A DNA stretch of 64,000 nucleotides from Amoebophrya sp. A120. Its lineage: Eukaryota; Protista; Dinoflagellata. Within the stretch, counting starts at the first letter, position 1; each line of letters opens with the position of its first letter. The translations under genes and the position numbers were made by a program. This document shows, piece by piece, positions 10,201-23,300 of the stretch. The notes under the pieces are model-generated. The model was given only the letters and a program-made list of their open reading frames with translations. It was not told the DNA's origin and ran no database searches. The stretch lies in NCBI GenBank assembly GCA_905178155.1, contig CAJINV010000006.1, positions 1,303,876 through 1,367,875 of the forward strand. The letters are read 5' to 3'.

Positions 10201-12835
10201 GCAAAAGTATCGTACTAGTAGGAATAACGTTACAAATTTTCTCAGCATGATGAGAAAGGAAACTTGTAATGCGGATTTAAGTTGGCAAAAAAATGTGTAA
10301 TGCATAAAATGCGATTAGTACGAGTGCGATACTTTTACAATGCATACTGGACCGGGTGCGACAACTTTGCGAAGTGCCCGGAGGAAGAGCGTATCAAATG
10401 CAAAAGTGTCTGGGTCTGGAAGAGTTCCAACTTGTCATGCTAAGTCTGGATCATGCAAAACTCTGTCTTGCGTGATCACCAAAAGCTGCACTTTTTTAAC
10501 CAACACGAGAGGCAGTTTCTCATGCAGAATAGGCATGATACAGAGCTCGCAAAATCTGTCATGCTAGGTCCTGCATTCCAGACCTCGTAGGGCATCGAAA
10601 TTTTGCATCACAAGTTTGTATTCTTCCAGACCCAGACATATTTGCAATCCATAGAGCGCCGCGACGCGCTGCGGGGCTATGCCCGGTACAGCGTGCCGAG
10701 GCTGAGCAACTCGAAATCGGTTTTCGCCAGGGAGTATAAATTGCAAAAGTGTATCGTAGTCATACTAGTAGAACTTCAACTTGCTCAACAGCATTTTTAC
10801 AAATGAAACTTGTAATGCAGAAGATCTACCTTAAGAAATACATTGTTGCACGATTGCAATCACTACGAGTACGATACTTTTGCAGTTCATACGGAGTGCG
10901 CCCGCTGCCCGGACGGGTGGGAGCCTGATTTGTGGCTGCGGCGGTGTGTGAGGGAGTAAGTAGTATTTTTGATGCTATCTAAGCATGACAGATTCTTGTG
11001 TGCTCTGAAGTGCGCATCCTTCCAACTTATTTCCACCAGACCCGGATGACTACATGTAATTCTAAATTATTTGCAATGCACGCAATACAAAATTGAAATT
11101 TGCAATGCAAAAAACGCTATACCAGGTTCCGCAACGAATGCGACATGGAGCTGCTGCATCTTTGCATGGACATATGGGAGTGCACAACTCCCCCTCCCCT
11201 CATTTGAATGACATGAGCAGCAACACAAGCAACGCAAGAAATATGGCTTCCGCATGACAAATCTGCAGACGGATTACAGCACTGTTTGAGGCTCCAAGTA
11301 GATTTCTCATGCAAACTGTGCTCGAGGGCAAGACGTGGATTTGGTATTTTGCATTACAAATGAGGGGGAGGGAGAGTTGTGCACTCTCATAGGACAGGTG
11401 CTATTATTATGACGAGTGCGAGCGGCACCAGTGTCTCGTTAACTGCGTATGAAATGCAAAAGCATCGTACTAGTATAAATCGCATGACAAATTTCCTCAG
11501 CATGAGAAATGAAATTTGTAATGCGGATTTAACTTGAGAAAGAAATTTGTAATGCATGACTGCGATTACTACGAGTACGATACTTTTGCACAGGATACTG
11601 CGCACGGGAGGACGAAAATCCCCGGTATGTTTTGCAAATATCGACCTGGGTCAACAGGATAGTTGTGATGCACGATTCCAAGGACAAAACGATCTGTGAT
11701 GCATGAAGACAAGTCGCCAGCGTTTTTGTCGTGCTAGAAGCCAGTTTGTCATGCGTTCCCCTGATACGGATGAATTGTGAATTCGTAACAAGCCCTTTAA
11801 GAAATTTCTCATGCCGTTATGCCTCACAAGCGGCTACTCTGCGATGGAAGGTTCAGCAACACAAGTTTCCAGGAGACCCAGATCGATATTTGCGGTGCAT
11901 ACTAGGTGCAGGGAAGCAATGCTGGAAACTTGCGAGGAGTTGAATTCTTTAACGCGGGAAATGGTGATTACCGATCCGAGTTTATTACCAGCCAGCGCGA
12001 CGACGGTATAATGATTTGTCTTTGTCATGCTAGACGAGGTAATATCTTCAGATGCGACATACGCTATAGCGCAATACAAACAGCCGTAGAATTAAAAACA
12101 ACATACTAGGTCACGACCTCTACGACCGGCATCAACGAAGATTCCGGTTTGTCTATGCAAGAAAAAAACTATGTAAGTGTACACTTGTGTTGCAGAACAT
12201 GCAACATAGTTACACCTGTCATGCCAGACAGCCATGAAGCCCTCTACTTTTCATGTGTGTTTTTCCTTACAAGCCACGCATGACAGGTTTTCTCTGTCAT
12301 GTAAAGCAAATTATTTGTGATGTTGTTCCTCAAAGAAAGTTACACTTACACACTTTTTTTCTGGATATTGTCCGTCCTAGCCGCGATGGAGGTGGACTAC
12401 CAGTGCAATACTGTGAGGAAAAATCCCCCCTCACCATATCGAAAACGAAATTTGTGATGCTCTATTTGAGTACACAAATTGACTTGTATTGCTAGAAGGC
12501 CAAGAAATGCAGACGATGCCCCGTTTGCAGGCAATTTGTCATGCTGCTTCCGATTTCCAGCTGCCTCCTGTCGTGCTGAAGATGCAAGGCTTTCCCACGC
12601 AGCCCAGCACTACAGTCCGCATCTTTTCCCTTCTAGCATGACAGCGTGATTTGTGATCACCAATCACGCTACACAAATCTACCATTGAGCATGGGGAGGG
12701 GGGTTTTTCCTTCTGATATGCAATCTGAAGTGCGGGAGAAACACCGCGAGTGGGTTGAAACTGTCGAGTACTGTGGCTTTGGTGGCGATTTTGATGTTGA
12801 CGGTGGGGGCGGGTGGCGGGGGGATTTTTGTTTAG
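7210..12835 (+). CDS. Cysteine-rich secreted/surface protein, 16 exons, C-terminal hydrophobic (TM or GPI-signal) tail
   Basis: Signal peptide MFFFLASSIIIPEASA. Removing 15 introns gives one frame with CYNPVCPAGYWKCC, MECLPCRKGDYCTGC, CARCPDGWEPD, ending VALVAILMLTVGAGGGGIFV*. Confidence 0.8.
7416..7673. mobile_element. Introner family A (TIR TAT..tgcaaa.atgtctgggtctggaag)
   Basis: TSD gtgtg/gtgcg. Confidence 0.9.
7734..8042. mobile_element. Introner family E (TIR TATgg..gtgtcaggatcgaaatcgac)
   Basis: TSD cgttc/ctttc; similar to 52350-52655. Confidence 0.9.
8078..8302. mobile_element. Introner family D (TIR TATgagagtgcacaactccccctcc)
   Basis: TSD cgtct/cgtcg. Confidence 0.9.
8480..8498 (+). 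other. Relic dinoflagellate spliced leader
   Basis: GTAGCCATTTTGGCTCAAG = 3' 19 nt of DinoSL DCCGTAGCCATTTTGGCTCAAG; followed by AT, not the GT donor of an SL-RNA gene. Confidence 0.9.
8482..9500 (+). mobile_element. Retroposed SL-trans-spliced transcript nested in an introner
   Basis: Starts with SL, ends with a (TAC)n tail, flanked by cttgt/cttgt; internal ~50-bp direct repeat near 9293 and 9380. Confidence 0.7.
9852..10133. mobile_element. Introner family F (TIR TATcctgagtaaaaacgt.ccca)
   Basis: TSD cacgc/cacac. Confidence 0.9.
10193..10346. mobile_element. Introner family B
   Basis: TSD ctgca/ctgga. Confidence 0.9.
10392..10653. mobile_element. Introner family A
   Basis: TSD gagcg/gagcg. 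Confidence 0.9.
10735..10891. mobile_element. Introner family B
   Basis: TSD gggag/cggag. Confidence 0.9.
10956..11125 (+). other. GT-AG intron with introner vestiges
   Basis: GTAAGT...ctATAccAG; joins CVRE|FRNECD; internal gcatgaca motif. Confidence 0.75.
11173..11391. mobile_element. Introner family D
   Basis: TSD ggaca/ggaca. Confidence 0.9.
11448..11597. mobile_element. Introner family B
   Basis: TSD ctgcg/ctgcg. Confidence 0.9.
11626..11901. mobile_element. Introner (TIR TATg...gcaaatatcga.ctgggtc) that also has GT-AG ends (11625-11905)
   Basis: TSD cccgg/ctagg; G-TAT...ATA-ctAG. Confidence 0.85.
12006..12109 (+). other. GT-AG intron with introner vestiges
   Basis: G-TATaatg...caacATA-ctAG, internal tttgtcatgc; joins ASATT|VTTST. 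Confidence 0.75.
12154..12367. mobile_element. Introner family G (TIR TAT.caagaaaaaaact.tgtaagt)
   Basis: TSD ttgtc/ttgtc. Confidence 0.9.
12409..12718. mobile_element. Introner family C (TAC start)
   Basis: TSD tgcaa/tgcaa. Confidence 0.9.
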
Positions 12836-13992
12836 GGAAAACAAGACGCAGGTTCAAGTTGATCTATCGGATTTTTGCTTCGAAGATGAAATGTACTGAG
12901 TCAGCAAATTCGATATCGTTTTTGTAGTACTGAGAAATTAATGGACAACATTAACAAGAGGTGGAAGTAGCAAGTAGTAGTAGTAGTACAAGCACGCAAG
13001 GCAGAAGTAAAAGTGAAAGTCGTTTAGTCGCGAAAAAAGCTGGCAGATGAAGATCAAAACTAAAGGGTCAGACTGTGAATAAAATCGAAAGTGCGGCGAG
13101 CTCCTCAAAAAGCCCGCGTGTGCGTTTTAACCGATTGCAAAAATCGTAATATGGAACGCTGAAGAATAAATAGGAACTGGTCTCAAAACAGGCATCAAAC
13201 GTTAATTAAAGTACTTATACATAGAATATCAGATGAGCTAGGCAAACAGTACACAAAATCATGTAGGGCTAGAACACCCCAGTTGCAATCGACGAAAAAG
13301 ACGAAATAAATCAATTTGAATGACGCAGCGGAAAAATCAAGAGCTTTGTAAGTATAGTGATTTTTGCGTTGAAACTGCAGTTTATTATGCTGCCACGAGG
13401 CGATAATTCGAATTCCTGTAGATAATCGCGATGTTGTTGCACAGCAATTATTCCGTGTCCGCTACGCTGAGGCATTCATAGCAATCGCACATTGAAAAAG
13501 GAAATGAACTCCACAAACTCGGTCACTGCTCAACACCAAAGGCAGAAACTCGGTTGTGCGCTGCATCCGACGATGCTGCAGCAATGCTGGTACAAGATAC
13601 CACTGAATTTCGGTCGTGATTATACGTATGCAATTGCGGTGCCAGGAACAACTGCTGCAATCGGACCACCCGTGGCTGTCAAGAGTCGACTTCAACGATG
13701 ATCTGGAATTGATAGATGGATGTTTCTTTTCTCTACTTTTCGAATTTCACTAGTGCAAATAAAAGGATTCGACCACTACCACTTCAAAACAGCGGCCTCT
13801 GAAAAATTGTAAAATCTATCATCTGTGGTCAAGAACATAACCTGACGACCCTTCCTTATTCACAACACCACAAAAGTTTTATTTGTTTTTCATTTTCATC
13901 CATCGACGTCGATTTTTCCATCTAGTATTGAACACCAATAACCACATACTACTACACCAAGCGAAGAACCGACTCCTTCAACACACCACAAA

Positions 13993-14705
13993 ATGGGCAA
14001 CACCTCCTCCTGCTGCGACGGCGACCGTGCCGAGAGCAAGCGCCTTGCGGCCGGCCGCACCTTTGGGCTAAACGAAGGCCCGAAACTCGCCACCACGCTC
14101 GGAAACGATCGTGGCGCAGGCGGGGCTGGGTATTTTGTCGGTGCACAGGGCGGCGCGATTAAGGACCGGCTGAAGGCGGGCAGTTTTCAGCAGGCTTATG
14201 GGGTACTAATCTAAGATTTTGAATTTACGATCTCGTTTTGGAACAGGTAGTTTCGGTTTGGGCAAGCGCATGACAACAAGGGCATGAGCCGCATTCCAAT
14301 AATTACTTAGTGCAGGAAAAATGATCCACAACTTCTTCTTCTATAACTGTCTCAAAATAACTCAATCATTAAACTTAGATCCTCGCCGAGCAAGTGGGTA
14401 AAATGGAGCAGACCTTTACGCAGCTCGCGGGCGAGGATTTGTCCATGATCAAACGACGGAACGCGGAGCAGACGGCGGTTACCCAGCACGGCGATTTGGA
14501 AGTCATTTTGCAACACTTGGCTGGAGCCCCCGGTTCGGAAGCCACCGCGTACTGGAAATCTGTCATGGGGCAGAACATGAAAGCACAGGTCACGAAAGTG
14601 TGCACGCAGGTGAATTTGACCGTGGATCAAAACGTGAAAGACGAGCGCCGGGCCCGCTGCATGAAGAATTTGCAGATTTGCCTGGACATCGTGGCGAAGT
14701 ATTAA
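13993..14705 (+). CDS. Small protein with N-terminal myristoylation/palmitoylation-type motif, 2 exons
   Basis: MGNTSSCC start; GT-AG intron 14203-14378 joins QQAYG|ILAEQVGKMEQ in frame. Confidence 0.7.
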
Positions 14706-15941
14706 GTTTGCAATGTTGCCCTGGTGGGGTGGCAGTTGCAACGCTGGAGATGATGTTCAGGGTCAGCACAAGCTGACGAGAACATCAACCGGACGAGCAG
14801 CTGTGAGGACATGACACCCTTCAGCACTGTTGATTTGTTCAGTTGAGACGACAAGAACCTCCGATGTGTTGCTTTGATGGATAATTTGTACTTGTTACTT
14901 CTTTACGGCGATTTGATGGTATGACTTTGATGATTCTCTTACTCTTACGAGGATGTTGAGACACTAATCTCGCATGTTGATGTTGGCGTTCTGTTTTGGA
15001 ATAATATTTTTTTCCTGCAAAAATGCACGGATGAGGGCGGACTTCTTTCCTCATTCCACGTGCTGGATAGTTGCAGGAGATTTTTGTCCACGTTATTTTT
15101 TCCAAACGTAGACTACTAGTACTCACTAAAAGTAGTACAAAAGGTTTTCTGTTAGTGTATGATGGCACCAGCTCTTTGCCCGCGACAGTAAGCATTTGTC
15201 TTCACGACCACGACCTTTGTACGATTTTTAGCATGGTAGGTTTTTTCCATTTTTGTTGTACAATACACGCAGCTAAAAATACCAGGTATAGTAGAAGTGC
15301 CTTGAAACTACAACTACACGTACACGCTCCAAGATAAATGACTTCGCCATTCTTTTCGCGATACTTTTTTCGCACGGATGAGAAGAAGTCCAGAAACCTA
15401 TGATATGGATCATGTGAGGATGCTTTTAGTACACAGCCTGGGTTACTAGCAGCAAATCTTTTTCAGAAGCGGGCAGCTACCAGAAGCTCTTAGATTTTTC
15501 AATCGCCGTTCTGTTCTCATGTTCTTGCTGCGTCGCTTGTAGGAAAAGGAATCCTATCCAATTCCGTGCCGAGTCGAGAAGCAAGGCACGCATGATCGCG
15601 GCGATTTCTTGTTGCAAGCGTGAAGTAGACGGGTTGTTGTATTTTTAGTCTTTTTCTTCGTGACAGTGAGGTGGTATTGGTAGAGTCCTTGGCCCGATCG
15701 TGAGAGCTCTCCATGTTGAAAGCTGTGTGCAGTCAGAGCGGAGCTATGCACTCTTATCTTTGTGCAAATTAGTCGTCAGTGTAGGTGTTTTTCAAAATTT
15801 TCGTCTCAACATACCGTATTCTGTTTCAGCAATAGCATGGCTACGTGAAGAGTAGGCCCCACCTTAGATAGAAGACCTCGTAATTTTCCGCGACCAGCCT
15901 CTACAGACACAACTAAAAAACAAAATCAGAAGAAACCAAAA

Positions 15942-18900
15942 ATGGACGCCTTCCAGAACTTTTTCATCCAGATGGGCATTCTGCCCTCCGAGAAAGACTC
16001 CCAGGAAGCGACCTTTTTCAAGAAATACCCCGAAGTGACCTTTGATAAACAGGCGAAAGTGGCTCCAGCCGTGGCGGCCGATTTGTTTGAAGATCTGGAG
16101 ATTGCGCCCTCCGGTCTGCTTTACGACGGGCCAGTGAAGCCGTCGCTTTTTTCAAGAACTTCCTCTTCACTCTCATCTTCAACTACATCTCCGGACGGCG
16201 CAGGAGTCCTCAGAAGTGGCGCAGCTGCTGCTAATCCAATAGCTACGTCGTCCAGCACTTCCGAGACAATCACCAGCGCCGCTGGTGTGTCGTCACCTAG
16301 TGGAAGTTCTAGCGATCCTACTGCGACTACTTCTCGAGAAGCTGCCATCGCCGCTGCCTCTACGTCGTACTTCCTCTCCTTCTCTCCAGCTGCGTTTCTC
16401 ACAAATCTGTTCAAATCAACGCTAACAGTTTTGGGTTCCACCGTGGTTCTCGGGCTACTTCACTTCTATCTAGATGACATCTACAAGCGGAAATACCGGT
16501 TTTCGCTCTTCGAAAGTGAAATTCTAGCCTACTTCGCGAAGAAGAACATCCTGATCACCGGGGCGACAAGCGGGATCGGAGAATGCTTGGCGTACCGGCT
16601 GGCGAGTCTGGAAAATCCGCCGGCGGTCTTGTATTTGCACGGGAGGAGACGGGAGCAGCTGGAGAAGGTTTGTATATTGTTTTCTTTTTTCTTCTTGCAT
16701 CAAAAAATACACATACACACATTTCTGATGCTCATTTGGCCCGGTCGCTACTACAACATCATACATCCAATTCCCAGGTCGCCAAGCAGTGCATCCTGCT
16801 TCAAGACGAAACCGTCCGGAAACTAAACCCGAACATCCTGGACCAAACCAGCCTGCAAAACCGCATGAAAATCGAGCCGATTTTATCGGATTTGGGCGAC
16901 CCCGACCAAACTTTTAACGCGTTTAAACGCGCCTTTAAAGAACCCAGCGCCCAGGAAACCGCGGACTTGGCGCAGCTGTTGACCGTCCCGCAACTCGCGA
17001 ATGACCCGATTTTCCTCCAGCAGTACGCGGCGTGCAATCCGAACGAACTGGACATTGTCTTCAACAACGCTGGGGTGTCGCAACGGGACGAATTTTCGAA
17101 TTTAGACGTCGTTCCAATGAAGTTTATTCTAAACATATCCAAGAAAAAAACTGTGTAAGTTGGGTAACTCTGTGTTGCAAACGCATGTAAAACACTTATC
17201 ACCTGTCATGCCGGACACATGCATGAGAGGCTTTTTTCCTACGTGTTTTCACGTACAAGCTACGCATGACAGGTTTTTTGTGTCATGTAGAGCTGCAAAC
17301 TTGTGATGCTATTCCTCCAAGAAGGTTTACACTTACACAGTTTTTTTCTTGCACAAAACACCAACTGCTACTCCAACATCTTGATCACCAAAGCGGTGTT
17401 ACCGCAGCTCCTCTTATCCGGGCAGAAGTCGAAAATGCAGTACGAGGCGTTAGCCGTGATGAACCCGGGGGTCAAGCACGACCCGGTAGCGGTGGTGTTG
17501 CGGAGTTGCGTAAAATTTTTCGTCAAAGTCGGGAAGATGGTGGTGGAGAAAGTGGAGAAAGCGGTGGGAGAAATAAGAGCCGGGGTTTGTGCAACTGAAG
17601 AAACCGAAACGTTGGTATCAACTACAACGACTCCGCCACGCTCGACACCAACATTGACCGCATCCGCTTTCCCCCACGCCGCGCACATCGTCCAGCTCTC
17701 CTCTTTCGTCGGCCGCGTTGCTTTTGGGTACCGCACGATCTACGCAGCAAGCAAATTTGCGACGAACGGCTTCTACACCAGTCTCCAGGCGGAGTTGTTT
17801 GATAAGAACATAAAAATCCACACCGTTTTCCCCGGTTTCGTCCGAACGAACATCGCGAAAAACGCGTTGGTCTCCAATGGCGACTCCTTCGGAAAATCGG
17901 ACGCGAAGATTGAAAGCGGGTTAGATCCGATGGAGGTGGTAAACCGGATGCTGGCCGGGGTGTATTTTAACGACAGCGAGATTGAGGTTCTGAACGACTG
18001 GCACATGCGGTTACAAGCTTTATCCGCCCGGTGGTTTGGGTTTTTGCACCGCTGGTTATGAAATGCAAAATCATCGTACTAGTAGAAGTCGCATGAGAAA
18101 TTCCCTCAGCATGAAAAATGAAATTTGTAATGCGGATTCCGGTTAAGAAGGAGATTGGTAATGCATGACTGCGATTACAACTACGAGTACGATACTTTTG
18201 CAGTGGATACTTGTTCGCGCTAAGCAACTACCGGAAACAGGTGGAGATGTGCAGTACTGCTAGTACTGGGTCAACAACATCATCTACTGCAGCAGGTGGT
18301 ACCTTGAATTTGAACAATCCGGCAGGAGATCATAATCACGCCCCCGAAAGCAACAAAGCGGACAACTCCTCTGTCGCTTCCTCCGCCCGATCCAGTCCGA
18401 GTAAAACGAGAAGGAGAAAATCCATCGAATCCACGAAATTCCCACCCGCGATACGCGTGGTTCCGTTGAACTCCCCATCCGTGGACTCGCATTCCAGTTT
18501 TCAGAACGCTAGCCATTTTACCAACACAAATAACCTTCACTACGGTGGTGGTGCGTCGAGCAATTCGAATTCGGTTGAAGTATTAAATGGAAAAATCCCC
18601 CCACCCCATATCAAAACGGAAATCTGTGATGCAGATTTGTGGTCACAAATCAGCTTGGTGATGCTAGAAGGCAAAAGATGCGGACTGTAGTGCTGTCTAG
18701 CGTGGGAAAGCCTTGCAGTTCCAGAATGACAGGAGGCAACTGGAAGTGGGAAACAGCATGACAGATTACCTGCAATTTAGGCCGCAGCTTCGTCTCCTGG
18801 CCTTCTAGCAATAGAAGTTGATTTGTGTACTCAAATACAGCATCACAAATTTGCGCATCTTCCGTTTCCGATATGGGGTGGGGGCTTTTTTCACTTTGAT

Positions 18901-19630
18901 ATGAAGAGGTGAGTAACGAAAATTTACCGAAGCGGGTGCAGAAACAACAGGTGGAGTATTATCCCACAAAAAAAGTGTTACAGTTACACATTTGTAGTCA
19001 ATTCAGCAACACAAATTTCTCTGGATGGGAGAGAAAACTTGTAATGCAGAAATCCTAGCGGAAAACACCTATGAAACGGAGCTCCCATGCATATTCGGCA
19101 TGACAGAGTTTGTCTGTCTTGCTTGACCTGCAACACAATGTGTAACTGTAACACTTTTTTCTTCCGATAAGTACTACGACTTGAACAACAGTGGAAATTT
19201 GAGCTATTTGAGTACGGAAGAGGAAACAAATACTACTTCTGCGTTGAACAACATGAGCAGTACGAAGACAGCAGTAGAGAAGCAGCAGAAGTTTGTCCAG
19301 CAAAAGAACCAGACAGCTGCAGTTCACAGCCCGACCACGCCATCAAACACCTCTCCTTCTGCTTCACCCCATGCACCAAGCGGGAAGAGCAAGGGAGCAA
19401 AAGAGGGTCCATCCGTTGAAACGCTGCACCTGCATATCGAGGGAAAGGTGCAGTTGACGAAGGAGTATTTGGAAGGCGGCAATAAAGCTGGGGAGCAGCA
19501 GACGCAGAGCAAGGTCGAAATAGATAATTTCAGTAAAAACAGCAGTACCACCGGGATCGACAGTGAGAATTTGGAAGCGAATCCGATCGAAACTGACGCC
19601 GCGGCGGTGTCGTCGTCGCATGAGGAGTGA
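15942..19630 (+). CDS. Short-chain dehydrogenase/reductase (DHRS7-like) with N-terminal TM and low-complexity extensions, 6 exons
   Basis: TGATSGIG, NNAG, YAASK, PGFVRTN motifs; GT-AG intron 16668-16777 plus four introners. Confidence 0.88.
17136..17355. mobile_element. Introner family G (ACA end)
   Basis: TSD aaaca/aaaca. Confidence 0.9.
18057..18209. mobile_element. Introner family B
   Basis: TSD ctggt/cttgt. Confidence 0.9.
18581..18901. mobile_element. Introner family C
   Basis: TSD tgaag/tgaag. Confidence 0.9.
18960..19169. mobile_element. Introner family H (TIR TATc.ca.aaaaaagtgttacagttacac)
   Basis: TSD agtat/agtac. Confidence 0.9.
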
Positions 19631-20342
19631 AGAGTTGTGGGTATGGGTTGCTATTCAAAGCATAAAATTTTATAAGTGAAATTTTTGTCTCTGGCACAAC
19701 TTCTACTGACTTTATTGCCACAAGAACAAAATCAGACTTGTTTATACAAACGTACTAACTTGCAACTTTTCAATTTTTAATCCTGCCCTCAATAGGCGAG
19801 AAAAGCGAAAAGTTCCAGTAACAGTATCCGTGCCGCAGCTACCGCCACCATGAAAAAAAAAATTAAGTTAAGATTAGCTTGTTCAACTTCATTGAAAGAA
19901 CACGAACATAAAGACGAGAACACAGTAACCAAATTTTCCAAGACCACCTCCTTCCACCAAAGTGGACTAGTACTGGAGGGTACTCACTGAAGACAGGCAT
20001 AATTCGCACTGGAGGTGTGACCACCGGGACTGCGCATGACCGGGAGAACGCAAACGAACATTCTCATTTTCGACCAGCGCATTGGTGTTCGGCAAGTATA
20101 AATCCATTTGAGTGACACGCGACATCTTCGTCTTCCAGAACTTTCAGGAACCGTGTGCGGCAAGATGAGTCAGATTGCGTGGTGAAACTTCTGAGGGAAG
20201 AACGTGGCATTTTTTTGAGGGTACAACCGTGGGACGGAGCATTGTTGACGGTCGTGAGCTGATGAAATAAACCACGGCCTTCATCCTTACATAAGAGCAG
20301 TAGATCGTTGCAATTGCAAATCAACATGCGTCCACCAAAAAC

Positions 20343-23300
20343 ATGACTCAGATTTTCAGCATCGCTTCACCCCCGCCACCTGGCGGTGGCGAAGTGCACC
20401 ACGACCCGGACGACGAACACAATCGTCCCAAGCAACGGCCACACAACCAGTTCCACGAAACCTCCATATCAACTGCAAATATGTCTGGGTCTGGAAGATT
20501 GCCAGGTTTGTCATGCATATTTTGCATAACCCATCATGTCTGCAATGCATGCCCTAGCATCAGAGATTCTGCGAGGGCTTTCTGATGCTCATACAGCATG
20601 AGAAATGCCGTCTCCGCATAGCACAAGTTTCGCCTCTTTTGCAGCTGTTCATCATGCAATACAGATTTTATGTAGGGTCCAACTTCCAGACCCAGACATA
20701 TTGGCAACGCATACTCCAGCCAGCAAGAGGACCACGATGAAGCGACTTTCTTGGAAGATTTTCTCACCAAAAATCAAAACACCATCTGGCGCCGGAAAGT
20801 GTACTTCTGGCTTCTGGGCGGCATTTGGTTGGTCAACGGCATGCAGACATTGGTGCACCCGTTTCTGGTTTTGGATGTGACAGTACCAGTTGCACCAAGC
20901 AAGACGACACATGTGGAACGCAATGTAGACGGCACAGTGCATGTACAAAATAAAGACGGGGGCACAGCTACTGACACCATGGACACCTCCACCTCCTCCG
21001 GCGAGCAATCTTTATCAGGAATATCCAGTGCAAATATGTCTGGGTCTGGAAGAGTGCAAGACTTGTCGTGCATTCCGCGGACCGCGCATGTGGTCTGTAA
21101 TGCACACTACAGAAGCATCACTGACTTGGCGAGACGGAGACGTTCGCTATGCCTATCCCGCATGAGAAATCCGCCTTTTGCTCAGCAAGAAGTGGGCATC
21201 TTTTGGCCTTCATGCAATACAGTTTTTTTTGGGCTTGAGACTTCGCATGACAAGTTGCATCCTTCCAGACCAAGATGACATATTTGCAATGCATAATCAA
21301 CCTCCCTCCACGCCATCCAGCTCTACCTCGGCATCTCCTGGTTTTTCGGTTTTTTCATCGGAATGGTAATCATCTCCCCGTTAGCCGATCTCTACGGACG
21401 AAAGAAACCGCTGCTCTATTCCCTTTTCGTCAACCTGATCGCCAGCTTCGCGTTTTGCAAGGCACACAGTCCGGCTAGTAGTACTTCTTCTAGTACAGCA
21501 CCAGGAGACGAAAGCGACGTCCTTTTCGAAGACGCCTTCGTCCTCTGCCTCCTTCGGGCGGTGATTGGCGGAACGGTTGGCGGCGGCGGCATGGTGGCGC
21601 ACTTGTTGATATCCACGAAAAAACACCCATCCCCATCCATTTTTTGCATGACAAACACTGGATTTTATGCATGTCCATGTTTTGCATGACAAATTGGATG
21701 AGGATGGGTCTTTTCTTGTGGACAGTTGATGCTTGAAATTTGTCCGATCAAGCTCCGGCACAGCTACGCACTGTCATTGCACATCCAGTTCGCGGTAGGT
21801 GGAGCAGTCGTTGCGCTCTTAGCGTATCTCATCGGCCCAGGAGCTGGTACTGGTGGTGACGCAGATCATTTTTCATCCAACCCTACCCAAGGCGATTGGC
21901 AGCAGCTCTCGTTAGCAATCGCGCTGATTTCGCTGTTTCTGTTCTTACCTTGTTTCTGCTTCGTGAAGGAATCTGTACGGTGGAAGTGGATGATATTCAC
22001 AGGAAATAATTTCCCGTACACCTGCAAATGCAGTCTCTGCATGACAAAACTGGGCTCTGATCCGAGTTTAGCGTGACAAGTGTTACACTCCAAATTGGTG
22101 AAATTTGTGATGCATCTTGTACATGTACGGGAAATTTGTGTTCCATAGATGAATGAGGACGCAAAAAACAAGAAATCCACGGTGGTCTTGTATTTGGAGG
22201 ATCTGGACATTGCCAGTCCGGGCCCTCCCGCTGCCCAGCATGGAGGCGATCATTACAACTTCCCTGAACAGCAACTGGCGTCACCAGTGTCAGCGGGAAA
22301 GACGCAGAACACGTGCGCAGCTGCAGTGGAACCACGACCGTTGGGAGCTGTAGTACAACCAGATACAGCCAGCAAGCAGCCATGTTCATCTCGCCAAATC
22401 ACCTCCTCCTGCTCGCCGGTAAGTACCGAGGTGGAAACCAGTGCGGGGGAGTTCAATTTCGATGGTGGGTCTTCGGGGCTGGAAAACACCTCAGTCAGGT
22501 CGTCGACAACTTCGACTAGTTTGAGTTGTGTCGCTGCGGTCCAGCCATCTGCCGTCGTTATTGGCGCGACGAGGGGAACCTCCAGCAGCTCATCAGTGGA
22601 AGAAGAGGAGGACGTTAGTGACCATCATGATCCTGTTCTGGTTGCAACGCCGAAACGACTGGCAGGACCACAAGCAGAACTCGTAGCCGATGCTGGAATA
22701 GACGCAAGAAGCGCGTGTGAAGATTCGGATCTTCGGGCCTCCGAGAATGTTGACAACTTCTGTGGTGGAAGCACAGAGGACATTCCTGCCCCGCCACTGC
22801 CAACCGAAATGAACCGCGTCCATCTGTACACGCTGTGCTTCGCGTGGTATGACAATGCACAACTCCCCCTCCTCCTCATTTGTAATGCTTGAACGGCAAC
22901 ACAAGAAACGGCAGAAATGGGCCTTCTGCATGACAAATCTACACACGGGCTGTAGTACTGTTTCAGGTTCCGAAGTTTGTCATGCAAACAGTGCTTCAGC
23001 ACAAGTGGTGGATTCGGTATTTTGCATCACAAATGAGGGGGAGGGGGAGTTGTGCACTTTCATCCGTGGTTTTCCGTCTGTTTAGTGTACTACGGAATGT
23101 CGTTTTCGGTCGAGAAGCTGACAGCGAAAGAGAATAAAAACGACAGTAACAGCGGCTCCGACTCAACTGCATCAAAGCAGGAACAAGCTGCGTCAACATC
23201 ATCCTACCACCAAACCTACGAAATCTACCTTCTCGCCGCTCTCCTCGCGCTAGTGGAGATCCCGGCGTGTTACCTCGCCAACGTGCTGATGCGCATGAGA

